The notes beneath the pieces are model-generated. The model made no database searches, was not told the DNA's origin, and was given only the letters and a program-made list of their open reading frames with translations. A stretch of DNA of 63,988 nt, the filler included, from an uncultured bacterium (GTDB taxonomy: Bacteria > CAYSBA01), in NCBI GenBank assembly GCA_964429075.1. It is 6 parts of 6 records of this genome, joined end to end, with 100 filler letters (N's around TTAATTAATTAA, not from the genome) between each part and the next. Parts side by side here need not be neighbours in the genome. Positions count along the whole stretch, not along the records: positions 48,493 to 59,811 come from CAYSBA010000012.1; positions 59,912 to 63,988 come from CAYSBA010000172.1; 4 more parts are not named here. One strand, 5' to 3'. The translations under genes and the position numbers were made by a program. The stretch's first letter is position 1. Each line of letters opens with the position of its first letter. Of the stretch, positions 52,680 through 63,988 are shown in pieces.

Positions 52680-54792
52680 TTACAGGGATTGATTGTCCTT
52701 TTTTCTGTAATAGTATGAATAACCATATCTGTAATAACGGTAGTAGTAGTTGTGCCGCAGTTCAACCATATTCAGAACAAAACCAAATAGCTTGTCTTTT
52801 GCATTTTGGACCCTGTCCATGATATCAAAAAGATCCACAATCCTTGTGTACTGATATCTGGTTGTCATAATAAATCCATCAACATGAGGTAAGAGTAAAA
52901 GGGCATCTGATACCTCCATAAGAGGTGGTGTATCAAAGACAATTAGATCAAAATTCTCTTTAACCGACTCAAGGAAGCCTTTTATCTTTTCTGGCTCAAA
53001 TAGTTTTTGTAGTTCGTTGCTTTCAACTTTGCCAGAAGGGAGAACAAAGAGATTTTCACAGACAACTGACTTCTGGATTGTATTTTTAAGATCCATACTA
53101 TTATTGAGTACATCAAACATACCTGGCATTTTGTTGGTGTTTAAGATATTGTGTATATCCGGTTTTCTTAGATCAAAGTCAACAAGGATGACCTTTTTAC
53201 CCATACGTGCAAAGAGTAATGCTGTCATAAAACTTACGGTACTCTTGCCCTCTTTAGGCTTGCAGCTTGTAACAAGAATGCTGTTTATTCTTCCTTTGTA
53301 CATAAAGAGAAGATTGTTCTTGAGCTGAATAAAACTTTCTGTGAAATCATTCTCAAGGTCCAATATATTTGACATCCCTAATTTTTTCTTCTTTGGTATA
53401 AATGCGAGAAGGGGATAACCAAAATTTTCTGTTATATCATGTGGAGTAAGTACTCTTTTATCGAATCTATCCAGTATAATTATGATTCCGAAGGAGCCCA
53501 ACAGACCAAGAAAGGCTGCAAGCAGGAGCAGGGTCTTTCTGTGGGGATCAAAAGGTTTTTCTGGTGGCCTTGCTCTGTCAAGCAGGGTTATATTTATGGC
53601 ATCCTGGGTATTCTCAAGCTCTGCCTCCTGATAACGCTTCAGAATATATTCATAGATCCTTTTTTTGTCTTCAAGATCTATTGATAATTCCTCAAACTCC
53701 TTATTTAAATTACTTAGCTCTGCAAGTCTCTGTTCTTCTTGATCCTTGAGTTGTTTCAACCTGTTATATATATTTTTCTTGGCCATCAGCTCCCTGTTGA
53801 GAGCCATCTCTTTACCAGAGATAACCTGTTTTATTGTTTCCATAAGTTCATTGATTGCCTCATTGATAGAGCGAATCCTTGGATGCCTTTCACCATAGAC
53901 TGATGAAAGTCTGCTCCTTTCTTTTATCAATCCTATAAGTTGTGTCTTGAGCTCATCTGGCAGGATGTCTGCTGGAAGTTTGATTAAAGATGGTATATTT
54001 GCAATGTCTTTTATAATTGCAAGCAGTTTTTTATGTTCCTCTTCGAGTTTGATCAATTCAAGCCCTATGTTGGTAAGATCCTTTTTTATCAGTAAAAGGT
54101 CCTGAGTCTTTATGGATATCCTTTTGTCTACATTTTCTGTAAAGATTTTATGTCTACTCTTGAATCTGTAAAGTCTTTCCTGAGAATCTTTTAGCTGTTA
54201 TTTTGTCTGTTTTAATTTCTTGGCAAGCCAGCTAACTGCGGAAGATGTGACCATGTTCTTTCTTGTTTTATTAAACTCAACATAGGCATCAACTATTGCA
54301 TTAACCACAAGAGAGGCCCTTTTTGGATCGGTGTCTGTAAAGGATAATTTGATCATTCTTGTATCTTTATAAGTTCAAGATCAAGCCCCTTTTTTATCCA
54401 TTCTACGAGATCGTTTAGATCTATTTCTTCGTCAGAAAAGATATCAATGAGTTTATCTTTATTTCTGAGAAGGCCGGTTCTTTGAGCAGCCATTGAAAGA
54501 ATTGTGTTTGATTTGAGAATGTTAAGTTCGGTTTCTATGTAGTCTTCATCTGCAAGCCAGCCACTGTTGGAGGGATCGTATATCTGTTCCACCTTATCGA
54601 GGATCTTGGGAGCTTTCTATCAATAATAAAAGAGGCTGTTGCCCTATAAGATGGAGTTTTAAACTTTAAAAAGATGTATGTAGCACCCACAAGACAGAAC
54701 GTAAATACCAGAAATACCCAATAAAGGTGTCTTACAACACTTGTAAATCTAAGAATAGAAAGAGTACTCAGGTTTTCGTTCTGTATATTCAT
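52680..54792 (-). pseudogene. wzc: Disrupted Wzc-like polysaccharide co-polymerase / BY tyrosine kinase
   Basis: Colinear with the intact paralog at 56731-58866, but with frameshifts near 54615 and 54367 and an in-frame TAA at 54198-54200. The C-terminal part 52680-54056 retains TM2, PKEGKST, DFDLRKP, DTPP and a Tyr cluster. Confidence 0.85.
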
Positions 54793-54845
54793 ATAACAAA
54801 ATTGTAATTATTATAACCTAATAAATACCCTTTGTCCAGAAAAAC

Positions 54846-55883
54846 CTATCTCCATGGTTTTGGTAAGAATATAGAATTGTGTAGTTTTATAATGTATCTA
54901 TCGGTCATTCCTGCAATAAAATCCACCACCATCTTTTCAAAGCTTACAGCCTTGGGATATTCTATCTCATACAGCTGTTGGAGCATATTAGGGTTTTCCC
55001 TGAAATAATCAAAAAGATCCTTCATAATCTTCTTGGCCTTTTTAAATTCTGTGATCACCTCATCTGACAGATACACCTTCTCATAAAGAAACTCTCTGAG
55101 TTCGATCAATAGGTTGTGCATCTTTCCTGATAATCTGATATGAGGATCCTTTTCGAAGTTACTATTTTTTATAACATCTTTAACCAAGGTATCTATCCTT
55201 TCCCCATGGGACCTACCAAGCCCATTTATTATATGTTCTGGGACATCGTTGAGTGTTATGATCTTTGCCCTAATAGCATCATCCAGATCATGATTTACAT
55301 AGGCTATTATATCTGAAATTCTGACAACCTCTCCTTCTAGTGTCTTTGGCATGTTCTTTGGATCAAAAAGATCACCCCTTCCCTTTGAATGTCTTAAGAT
55401 ACCATCTTTAACCTCATAGGTAAGATTGAGTCCCATACCCTTTTTTTCAAGTATATCTACAACCCTTATGGAGTGGCGTTCATGGGAAAAGTCCCTTCCT
55501 GTAATTTCGCTCAAGATAGCCTCACCAGCATGACCAAATGGTGTGTGCCCGAGATCATGTCCAAGTGCAATTGCCTCAGTAAGGACTTCGTTCAGACCAA
55601 GTGCTTTTGCAATAGTCCTTGCAATCTGGGCTACCTCGAGGGTATGCGTAAGACGTGTCCTGTAGTGATCCTGTTCGGGTGATAGAAAGACCTGGGTCTT
55701 GTGCATTAGTCTTCTGAAGGATTTTGAATGAACAATCCTATCGCGATCTACCATAAAGGCTGTCCTGACAGGGCAAGGATCCTCATCCTTTTTTCTTCCC
55801 TGTGAATTCTTGCTCAGAGTAGCCCAGGGAGATAAAGTCTGTTCTTCGACTCTTTCTAGTCTCTCCCTTATTGTTGCACCCAA
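54846..55883 (-). CDS. dgt: Deoxyguanosinetriphosphate triphosphohydrolase-like HD protein
   Basis: DRDRIVHSKSFRRLMHKTQV, RTRLTHT, HDLGHTPFGHAGE, DFIAGMTD. Confidence 0.93.
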   Translation of the reverse strand: MGATIRERLERVEEQTLSPWATLSKNSQGRKKDEDPCPVRTAFMVDRDRIVHSKSFRRLMHKTQVFLSPEQDHYRTRLTHTLEVAQIARTIAKALGLNEVLTEAIALGHDLGHTPFGHAGEAILSEITGRDFSHERHSIRVVDILEKKGMGLNLTYEVKDGILRHSKGRGDLFDPKNMPKTLEGEVVRISDIIAYVNHDLDDAIRAKIITLNDVPEHIINGLGRSHGERIDTLVKDVIKNSNFEKDPHIRLSGKMHNLLIELREFLYEKVYLSDEVITEFKKAKKIMKDLFDYFRENPNMLQQLYEIEYPKAVSFEKMVVDFIAGMTDRYIIKLHNSIFLPKPWR

Positions 55884-55885
55884 TG

Positions 55886-56734
55886 TTATCTTCTTGCGAA
55901 TTCAACAAGTTTATAATAGACAGAATCTGGTATACACATATTCCCCATACCTGTTGCAAGAGAAAAGTCTGGCTTATTGTCACCGTGAAAATCTGAACCA
56001 CCGGATATCAAAAGCCCATTCTTCTGAGCAAGCTCCATAAAACGATCTTGCTGTTCTTCTGTATGATCACTATAGTAGACCTCTATACCATCCAATCCAA
56101 TCTCTTTAAGATCTGAAATCAACCTCTCAAGCTCATACCCCATTCCAAGTTTGAGCTGCATGGGGTGACACAGGATGGCAATGCCTTTTGCATGATGTAT
56201 AAGTTTTATGGATTCTTCAGGTGATAACCTTTTTCTTGCAACATAGGCAGGCGAATCTTTTGATAGATATTTTTTAAAGGCATCGTTTATATCCTTTGCA
56301 TATCCCTTTTTAACAAGTATCTTGGCCATATGATTTCTTGAGACTACCTCTCCACCTGCCTCCTTTTCAACCTCTTCCATGGTAATCTCGACACCAAGTT
56401 CCTGTAGTTTTTTTATCATCAGGGGATTTCTTTGATTTCTGAATTCTCTCAGTACACTGAGTGTCTCCTTTAGTCTGATGTTGTGATGGTCGATAAAAAG
56501 GCCTAAAAGGTGCATTGTGCCAGGTGAAAACTCTACACTGAGCTCTACCCCAGGAACGATATCAATATTGTCATTTAAAATGGCTCTTGTATTCAATGCC
56601 TCATCAATACCCTCAACAGTATCATGATCAGTGATAGCAAGTGCCTTTAGGCCTATTTCAGATGCCTTTTTTACAAGTCTTTGTGGAGTAAAGGTACCAT
56701 CTGATGCAGTTGTATGACAGTGAAGGTCAATCAA
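55886..56734 (-). CDS. PHP-domain phosphoesterase (TrpH/YciV-like)
   Basis: IDLHCHTTASDG, ITDHDT, PGVELS, HLLG, CHP, GGSDFHG. Confidence 0.9.
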   Translation of the reverse strand: MIDLHCHTTASDGTFTPQRLVKKASEIGLKALAITDHDTVEGIDEALNTRAILNDNIDIVPGVELSVEFSPGTMHLLGLFIDHHNIRLKETLSVLREFRNQRNPLMIKKLQELGVEITMEEVEKEAGGEVVSRNHMAKILVKKGYAKDINDAFKKYLSKDSPAYVARKRLSPEESIKLIHHAKGIAILCHPMQLKLGMGYELERLISDLKEIGLDGIEVYYSDHTEEQQDRFMELAQKNGLLISGGSDFHGDNKPDFSLATGMGNMCIPDSVYYKLVEFARR

Positions 56735-58866
56735 GTTGAATCTCCTTCATGGGTATAATAGTAACCATATTTGCTATAATAGTGGTATTTATAACCCTGA
56801 TCCTTTTCTGGATCCAGACTATTTAAAACTGTCCCTAAAAGATTTATGTTGAGATCACGCATGCTATCAACTGCCCTTGCAGCTGAGAACCTTGATGTTG
56901 TATTACACATGACAACAAAGAGCACACAGTCTACATACTGACCGAGTGTAAGGGAATCTGAAACAACACCCACTGGTGGAGAATCGAAGATCACATAATC
57001 GAATCTATCTTTCAATTCATCCACAATCTCTTTTGTCTTTTCAAATGCAAGAAGTTCTGCAGCATTGGGTGGAATAGGACCACATGTAATAACGAATAGA
57101 TTTTCCACATCGGTCTTTTTGATCACATCATCGATCCTGACCTGACCAATAAGCAGGTTGCTCAGACCAAGCTTATTATCAATGTTAAAGACTTTGTGTA
57201 TCATGGGTCTTCTCATATCAGAATCAACCAAAAGCACCCTCTCGTTCAAACGTGTTAACATAAAGGCAAGATTTTCTGCAGTTGTGGTTTTACCCTCTCT
57301 CGGTCCTGCACTTGTAATTAATATATTCTTATATCGTTTTGAGGACATAAAAAGTAGATTTGTTCTTAAGTTTCTGTATGCCTCTGTAACCATGGAGTTG
57401 GGATGTTTCATAAGGTATTTATATAGTGCACCCTTCAATTTTTCCTGTTCTTTTATCTTTGGTATAATTCCAAGATTATTTACTCCAAGATACATCTTGA
57501 GGTCTTCTTCATTTTTGATGGTGCTATCTATATATGAAATAAAGAAAGCCAGACCGATTCCACCAATAAGTCCGATAAAGATGGACATCGCTATATTCAG
57601 CTTTGTCTTCGGGTATACAGGTTCTTTTGGTATCTTAGCTGAATCAAGTTTGGATATGTTACTACTTTTTAGACCCTCTGTAAGATCGGTCTCCTTAAAT
57701 CTCTGAAGAACAATATCATACAGCCTTTTGTTGTTATCTACCTCTCTACTGAGTTCATTGTATTCAATCTCAAGCCTGCTGAGATAGAGTGCATTTTCTT
57801 TTTCTTTTGCAAGTAGTGTCCTGAGCTTGTCCTCAACCTCTTTGTTTGTTTTGTATTCAGCCTCTGCCTTTTCTATCTCGTTCATTATTTCTTTTCTTAA
57901 TAACTGTTTAAGATTTTTAAGTTTTTCTTCAAGGCTTAAAAGCTCTGGATGCTCCTTACCGTACCTGTTTTTAATACTGATATATCTTTCGAGTGTCTCT
58001 ATATATTTCAATTTAAGGCTTTTAATAATATTGGTTGAGACAACAGTATCTATAATCTGATTTGAATCAATATTAGAAAGGAGTTCCTTAAGGGTTTTAA
58101 GATGAGCCTCTGCCTGAATCCTCTTTGTTATTGCATTAGTGAGGTCTTCATTGATCTTATATAGCTTTTGAGTGGTCATATTTATTCTTGCTTCAAGTGA
58201 GGTGGTCAGTATGCCATTTTTCTGCTTAAATTTATAAAGAGCAAGTTCTGATTCTTTGAGCTTTATCTCAAGATCTTTTAACTGCTGTGCTAACCACCTT
58301 ACAGCCTGCTTGGTAACACTTGTTTTTCTTTCTAATGAATATTTAATATAGGCATCAACTACTGCATTGGCCAGAAATGCTGCCATCTCAGGATCGGTAT
58401 GACGAACCTTTATCTTTACCATCCTTGTATCCTTTACAAGTTCCACATCTATCATATCAAGGAGGAGCTTTACATAGTCTATCTTGTCACCAAGCTTTTC
58501 TTTTGTCTCCTTAGATATAAATCTATCGTCGTTTTTGAGGTTATTATCCTCGATAACTATGTTCGCCACATTCCTGCTTTTTATGATCCTGTATTCTGTT
58601 TCAAGATACTCCTGATCACCCCACCAACCACCAGTCATGGGTTCGTATACATCCTGGACCTTATCAAGCACCAATGGCTTGTTGCGTTCGATGATGATGG
58701 TTGCAACAGCTTCATAGATTTTCTTTTGATGTAAGGTAAAAAGCAGTGTGAGTGTTACTGTAAAGATCAAAAACAGTATGATGGCCCAGCGATATTTCAA
58801 TATGGTATTGTAATAGTATTGAAAGGTCCTTGATTCTGATATCCTGTTTAATGATATATTTTCCAT
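56731..58866 (-). CDS. wzc: Wzc/GumC polysaccharide co-polymerase with BY tyrosine kinase domain
   Basis: Two TMs flanking a coiled coil; EAYRNLRTNL, PREGKTT, DSDMRRP, DSPP; C-terminal Tyr cluster. Confidence 0.93.
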   Translation of the reverse strand: MENISLNRISESRTFQYYYNTILKYRWAIILFLIFTVTLTLLFTLHQKKIYEAVATIIIERNKPLVLDKVQDVYEPMTGGWWGDQEYLETEYRIIKSRNVANIVIEDNNLKNDDRFISKETKEKLGDKIDYVKLLLDMIDVELVKDTRMVKIKVRHTDPEMAAFLANAVVDAYIKYSLERKTSVTKQAVRWLAQQLKDLEIKLKESELALYKFKQKNGILTTSLEARINMTTQKLYKINEDLTNAITKRIQAEAHLKTLKELLSNIDSNQIIDTVVSTNIIKSLKLKYIETLERYISIKNRYGKEHPELLSLEEKLKNLKQLLRKEIMNEIEKAEAEYKTNKEVEDKLRTLLAKEKENALYLSRLEIEYNELSREVDNNKRLYDIVLQRFKETDLTEGLKSSNISKLDSAKIPKEPVYPKTKLNIAMSIFIGLIGGIGLAFFISYIDSTIKNEEDLKMYLGVNNLGIIPKIKEQEKLKGALYKYLMKHPNSMVTEAYRNLRTNLLFMSSKRYKNILITSAGPREGKTTTAENLAFMLTRLNERVLLVDSDMRRPMIHKVFNIDNKLGLSNLLIGQVRIDDVIKKTDVENLFVITCGPIPPNAAELLAFEKTKEIVDELKDRFDYVIFDSPPVGVVSDSLTLGQYVDCVLFVVMCNTTSRFSAARAVDSMRDLNINLLGTVLNSLDPEKDQGYKYHYYSKYGYYYTHEGDST

Positions 58867-59489
58867 TAGAAAATACTCTCTGGAACATAAATAATATCAT
58901 CCGGAAGAAGCTTGAAATTAGGTCTCTTCCCCTCTGCTATATCTTCAACCGGCACAATTATCTTCTCCTCTTTGCCATCTATCTTTCTAATCACACTTGT
59001 TCTATTTTTTGCTGCATATCTGCTGAATCCACCTGCAAGTGTTATTGCCTGTATTATATTCATATTGTCTTCATATCTGAATGTACCGGGTTTGTTAACC
59101 TCACCGAGTACATAGACCTTTTTGCTGTTGTACTGGTCAACATATATTGTGACCTGAGGGTCCTTTAGATATTTCCCTCTCAATAGTGATGCAATCTTCT
59201 CTGCAGCCTGGTTTGGTGTCATACCAGATATTTTTATCTGACCAATAAATGGGAAAACAATGGTGCCATCACTATCAATCATATATTTGCCGGATAGCTC
59301 CTTTTCTTTATATACATTTATATGTATAATATCACCCGGGCCAAGCTCACTCGAGTTAACACGGGCCTGAGTATTAAATCTTGAATAATCAAAGCTAAGT
59401 TGCTCTCTTCTGTGAGAAAAACAGGAAAAAAGAGCAAATACTTGAACCAGAAGTCCAAAAATAATACCTATCCTACCTACCACAATCAT
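58866..59489 (-). CDS. Short OPX (Wza-like) polysaccharide export lipoprotein
   Basis: Lipobox-like LFSC; Poly_export LGPGD...DGTIVFPFIG; one SLBB domain VYVLGEVNKPG; ends VPESIF at 207 aa. Confidence 0.9.
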   Translation of the reverse strand: MIVVGRIGIIFGLLVQVFALFSCFSHRREQLSFDYSRFNTQARVNSSELGPGDIIHINVYKEKELSGKYMIDSDGTIVFPFIGQIKISGMTPNQAAEKIASLLRGKYLKDPQVTIYVDQYNSKKVYVLGEVNKPGTFRYEDNMNIIQAITLAGGFSRYAAKNRTSVIRKIDGKEEKIIVPVEDIAEGKRPNFKLLPDDIIYVPESIF

Positions 59490-59526
59490 ACAATATCTTT
59501 ATCAAATTATATTTCATAAATTTAGC

Positions 59527-59555
59527 AATATAATTTAAATCGATTTTTTTGTCAA
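59527..59555 (-). promoter_or_regulatory. Putative sigma70 promoter of the OPX-wzc operon
   Basis: TTGACA (59555-59550), 17-bp spacer, TATATT (59532-59527). Confidence 0.6.
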
Positions 59556-59564
59556 TCAGCTAAC

Positions 59565-59690
59565 CTTAAGCAGTTACGGACATGGGGAACGATGGAAGGG
59601 GGGTAAGGATAGGAAAGATAGGGCATAATACCTTGGATATAGCGGGCTCTGAGTGAGAATATCACATGGAAAGAGAGAAAAAGAGATTCA
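59565..59690. repeat. Dispersed ~120-bp purine-rich non-coding element, copy 2
   Basis: GGACATGGGGAACG (59578-59591), TATAGCGGG (59638-59646), TGAGAATATCACATGG (59654-59669); same 60-bp spacing of the first two blocks as copy 1. Confidence 0.75.
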
Positions 59691-59811
59691 ATAAAAAGAT
59701 GTATCATATAGGAGAGAAGTTTTAGCAGAAGGTTTATTACCACCTGAGTTTATATGGATTTTGTTTAGTTCTTTGAAAACATCAAAAGGTATCAGGTTGT
59801 AGAAAGATATT

Positions 59812-59911
59812 NNNNNNNNNNNNNNNNNNNNNNNNNNNNNNNNNNNNNNNNNNNNTTAATTAATTAANNNNNNNNNNNNNNNNNNNNNNNNNNNNNNNNN
59901 NNNNNNNNNNN
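59812..59911. other. Artificial contig-joining linker
   Basis: N-TTAATTAATTAA-N pattern. Confidence 0.98.
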
Positions 59912-60222
59912 CTGCCAATCATAGTTACTTTTATATTGTTTTTTATGATTTCATCGGCCTTTTTATTTATAAATTCCTTTAACATTCCAAAAAGGGCATT
60001 TATCTCCTCTCTGGGTCTTGACCAGTTTTGTTCAGAAAAGGCAAAAAGGGTAAGGTTCTTTATTCCAATCCGTGCGCAATAACGAACCGTTCTTTCTACT
60101 GCCTTAGATCCCTCTTTATGACCCTTATATCTCGGCAATCCCCGTTTCTGTGCCCATCTTCCATTACCATCCATTATGATGGCAATATGATTTGGGAGAG
60201 CCTCTTTTGCTCCCTCACCCAC
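59912..60222 (-). CDS. uppS: Undecaprenyl diphosphate synthase, N-terminal part (truncated by contig end)
   Basis: HIAIIMDGNGRWA, GHKEG, FAFSEQNWSRP; follows frr. Confidence 0.95.
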
Positions 60223-60226
60223 CCCT

Positions 60227-60781
60227 CTATATCTCCATTATCTCTTTTTCTTTTTGGAGATAGATATTATCAATCTTTTCAGTTACCTCTTTAACTACCT
60301 CCTCCACCCTCTCTTTCAACCTCCTGACATCATCCTCACTGACTCCCTCCTTTTCGAGCTTTTTAACCCTATCCATCGTATCTCTGCGGATGTTTCTAAC
60401 TGCAATTTTGGCCTCTTCAACCCTGTGTTTGCTGAGTTTTACAAGCTCCTTTCTTCTCTCTTCTGTTAATTCAGGGAAGGGTATGCGTATAAAATCCTTA
60501 TCTGAAGATGGAGTAAGTCCTAAATCTGAAGAAAGGATGGCCTTTTCAATTGCCTTTATAAGGTTCTTATCGTATGGCTTCAGTATAATGAGCCTTGGAT
60601 CTGGGACGCTCATACTTGCAAGCTGGTCTATTGGCATCCTGGTACCGTACGCATCAACCTTAATAGGCTTTATAAGATCAGGATTTGCCCTACCTGTCCT
60701 GAATTTTGCAATGTCATGTATGAGTGCCTTTACAGAGTCATCAAGCCTTCTTTTTAGGTCTTCTATGATCTCATCAAACAT
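60227..60781 (-). CDS. frr: Ribosome recycling factor
   Basis: RTGRANP, LTEERRKELVK, VRNIRRD, KEKEIM. Confidence 0.97.
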   Translation of the reverse strand: MFDEIIEDLKRRLDDSVKALIHDIAKFRTGRANPDLIKPIKVDAYGTRMPIDQLASMSVPDPRLIILKPYDKNLIKAIEKAILSSDLGLTPSSDKDFIRIPFPELTEERRKELVKLSKHRVEEAKIAVRNIRRDTMDRVKKLEKEGVSEDDVRRLKERVEEVVKEVTEKIDNIYLQKEKEIMEI

Positions 60782-62103
<1,322 letters not shown>

Positions 62104-62124
62104 AATCAACCTCCAAACCATCAA

Positions 62125-62925
62125 TTACTTCTGTTTCTTTTGAGTACCTCTTCTCCTTCTTATTATCACCTTTACCTTTGGTTCTTCTTTTTCTTCCTTC
62201 TTCTCTTCTTTTACCTCGACCTTTTCCTGTACCTTTGTCTTATAGATGGCTGATCCTTCAATGCACGCATCTGCCATCTTCTGTACGAACAATTTTACAG
62301 AGTTTATTGAATCATCGTTACCGGGTACCGGATAGTCTATTAGATCGGGATCGCAGTTTGTATCAATCAGAGCAACCACAGGAATACCAAACTTAATTGC
62401 CTCCTTTACTGCTATCTCTTCGTAGGCAGGGTCAACCACTATAAGACCTTGTGGTGCCTCATTGAGATCAACAAGGCCTTCAAGATTTCTTCTTAGTTTC
62501 TCTCTCAACTTAAGAATCTTTGCCTGTTCCTTTTTGGTCATTGCCTTAAATTCTTCTTTATCTTCTATCTCACAGTATTCTCTGTATACCTTGATTCGCG
62601 AAGTGATAGTATTGAAATTTGTGAGTGTACCCCCCAGCCAGCGGTAATTTACATAGGGCATTCCACACCTTTTTGCCTCCTCTTCTATAATCTTTCTTGC
62701 AGTAATCTTTGTGCCCACAAAGATAAATCTTCCACCATTTGATGTTATCTCTTTAACCTTGTCATATGCCTCATGAAAGAGCCTGTATGTCTTCCTTAGG
62801 TCAATGATATGGATGCCAGCCACCTTCTTATATATGTATTCTTTCATCTTTGGGTGCCATCTCCAACTGCGATGACCGTAGTGCATGTTACATTCTAACA
62901 TCTCCTTCATAGTAACGATTGCCAT
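62125..62925 (-). CDS. rpsB: 30S ribosomal protein S2
   Basis: [41 protein letters not shown]. Confidence 0.97.
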   Translation of the reverse strand: MAIVTMKEMLECNMHYGHRSWRWHPKMKEYIYKKVAGIHIIDLRKTYRLFHEAYDKVKEITSNGGRFIFVGTKITARKIIEEEAKRCGMPYVNYRWLGGTLTNFNTITSRIKVYREYCEIEDKEEFKAMTKKEQAKILKLREKLRRNLEGLVDLNEAPQGLIVVDPAYEEIAVKEAIKFGIPVVALIDTNCDPDLIDYPVPGNDDSINSVKLFVQKMADACIEGSAIYKTKVQEKVEVKEEKKEEKEEPKVKVIIRRRRGTQKKQK

Positions 62926-63028
62926 ACCTTCTCTCCTTCAGTCAGTCATTTTTCTCTAAAATCACACCTTACAATTCTGCACAACCTACCATAAACAAAA
63001 CTACTTTTCAAGATATAGGTCAAGTTTC

Positions 63029-63988
63029 TTAAATCTCTTCAATCTCCTCAACTAATTTTGATATATCACCACTCATTCTAAGTTTTAATTCACTCAAAAA
63101 TTCATCTATCTCTCCGTCTATTATCCTGTCTAGTGAGTATACTGTTAGCTGAACTCTGTGATCAGTTATCCTGTTTTGTGGGAAATTATAGGTTCTTATC
63201 TTCTCAGACCTGTCTCCACTTCTGACCATGTCCCTCCTTTTCTCCTCCTCCTCCTTTTCTTTTTTCTTTTTCTCAAGTTCATATAACCTTGCCCTCAGGA
63301 TTGCCATTGCCTTTTGCCTGTTCTGATGTTGAGAGCGCTCATCCTGACAGGTTACAACTATCCCTGTAGGTATGTGGGTGATCCTTACAGCAGAATCGGT
63401 GGTATTTACACTCTGACCACCATGTCCAGAAGATCGAAATACATCCACCCTGATATCCTTTGGATCGATCTTAACATCAACCTCTTCTGCCTCTGGAAGC
63501 ACTGCAACAGTTATTGCCGATGTGTGGATCCTGCCCTGTGCCTCAGTCTCTGGTATACGCTGGACCCTATGCACACCACCTTCGTATTTTAACCATTCGT
63601 ACACACCCCTGCCACTCAACTTAGCAATCACCTCCTTCAGACCACCGCCTTCATTTTTACTTAAACTCATTAGCTCTATTTTAAACCCCTTCCTCTCTGC
63701 AAAACGGCTATACATACGGAATATATCTGCTACAAAAAGACATGCCTCATCTCCTCCTGTGCCGGCCCTTATCTCCATAAAGACATTCTTATCCGCATCT
63801 GGGTCTTGAGGAATCAAAAGATTCAAAAGTTTCCGTTTGATCGTCTCTATCTCTGTTTCAAGCTCTGTTTTTTCAGAAGCTGCAAGCTCCACCAGTTCCC
63901 TGTCATCTTCATTTTCAATTATCTCTTTTGTATCAGCAAGCTGCCTCTTTTTTTTGTGCAGACGCTCCATAAGATCAAGGGTTTCTTT
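63029..63988 (-). CDS. prfA: Peptide chain release factor 1 (5' end outside the window)
   Basis: [13 protein letters not shown]1-specific PET motif, [17 protein letters not shown]; frame stays open to the window edge. Confidence 0.96.
   Translation of the reverse strand, partial: KETLDLMERLHKKKRQLADTKEIIENEDDRELVELAASEKTELETEIETIKRKLLNLLIPQDPDADKNVFMEIRAGTGGDEACLFVADIFRMYSRFAERKGFKIELMSLSKNEGGGLKEVIAKLSGRGVYEWLKYEGGVHRVQRIPETEAQGRIHTSAITVAVLPEAEEVDVKIDPKDIRVDVFRSSGHGGQSVNTTDSAVRITHIPTGIVVTCQDERSQHQNRQKAMAILRARLYELEKKKKEKEEEEKRRDMVRSGDRSEKIRTYNFPQNRITDHRVQLTVYSLDRIIDGEIDEFLSELKLRMSGDISKLVEEIEEI

Noticed and set aside
54198-54620. Programmed frameshifting or readthrough restoring wzc
   Set aside because: It would need two shifts plus a TAA readthrough, and no canonical slippery heptamer is evident. 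Decay is simpler.

Overview
The window is not one chromosomal region. It consists of six draft-genome (probably MAG) contigs joined by 100-bp N/TTAATTAATTAA/N linkers at 12505-12604, 24731-24830, 36737-36836, 48393-48492 and 59812-59911, with two internal 10-N gaps. Gene adjacency across linkers is therefore meaningless. The organism is an AT-rich Gram-negative bacterium, probably anaerobic and Deltaproteobacteria/Myxococcota-like (inference). Contig 1: sigma54 response regulator, cobA-hemD-exbB-exbD-tonB, ccmABCD plus a TPR protein, an archaeal-type RNase HII, kdsB, a plant-like pyrB and a Cys-repeat secreted protein. Contig 2 is the best candidate for an undescribed system: a predicted outer-membrane beta-barrel with a K/E-rich tether, two tandem ~1290-aa metzincin metalloproteases and a Cys-rich repeat lipoprotein in one operon, plus a divergent OMP. 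Contig 3: nfo fragment, lipase, USP, pgeF, M32 peptidase, glmU, glmS, hutI, dapB and a long S41 protease. Contig 4: dnaN, gyrB, gyrA, a hypothetical protein, dnaE and a decayed GmrSD/DUF262-like gene. Contig 5: ferredoxin, a two-subunit 2-oxoacid:ferredoxin oxidoreductase, a phosphoesterase, a wzc pseudogene, dgt, a PHP protein, intact wzc and a short OPX. Contig 6: uppS, frr, pyrH, tsf, rpsB, prfA. A ~120-bp non-coding element occurs twice on different contigs (~11772-11895 and ~59565-59690), each time directly upstream of a sigma70-like promoter of a cell-surface gene. All family calls come from motif recognition; no searches were run.
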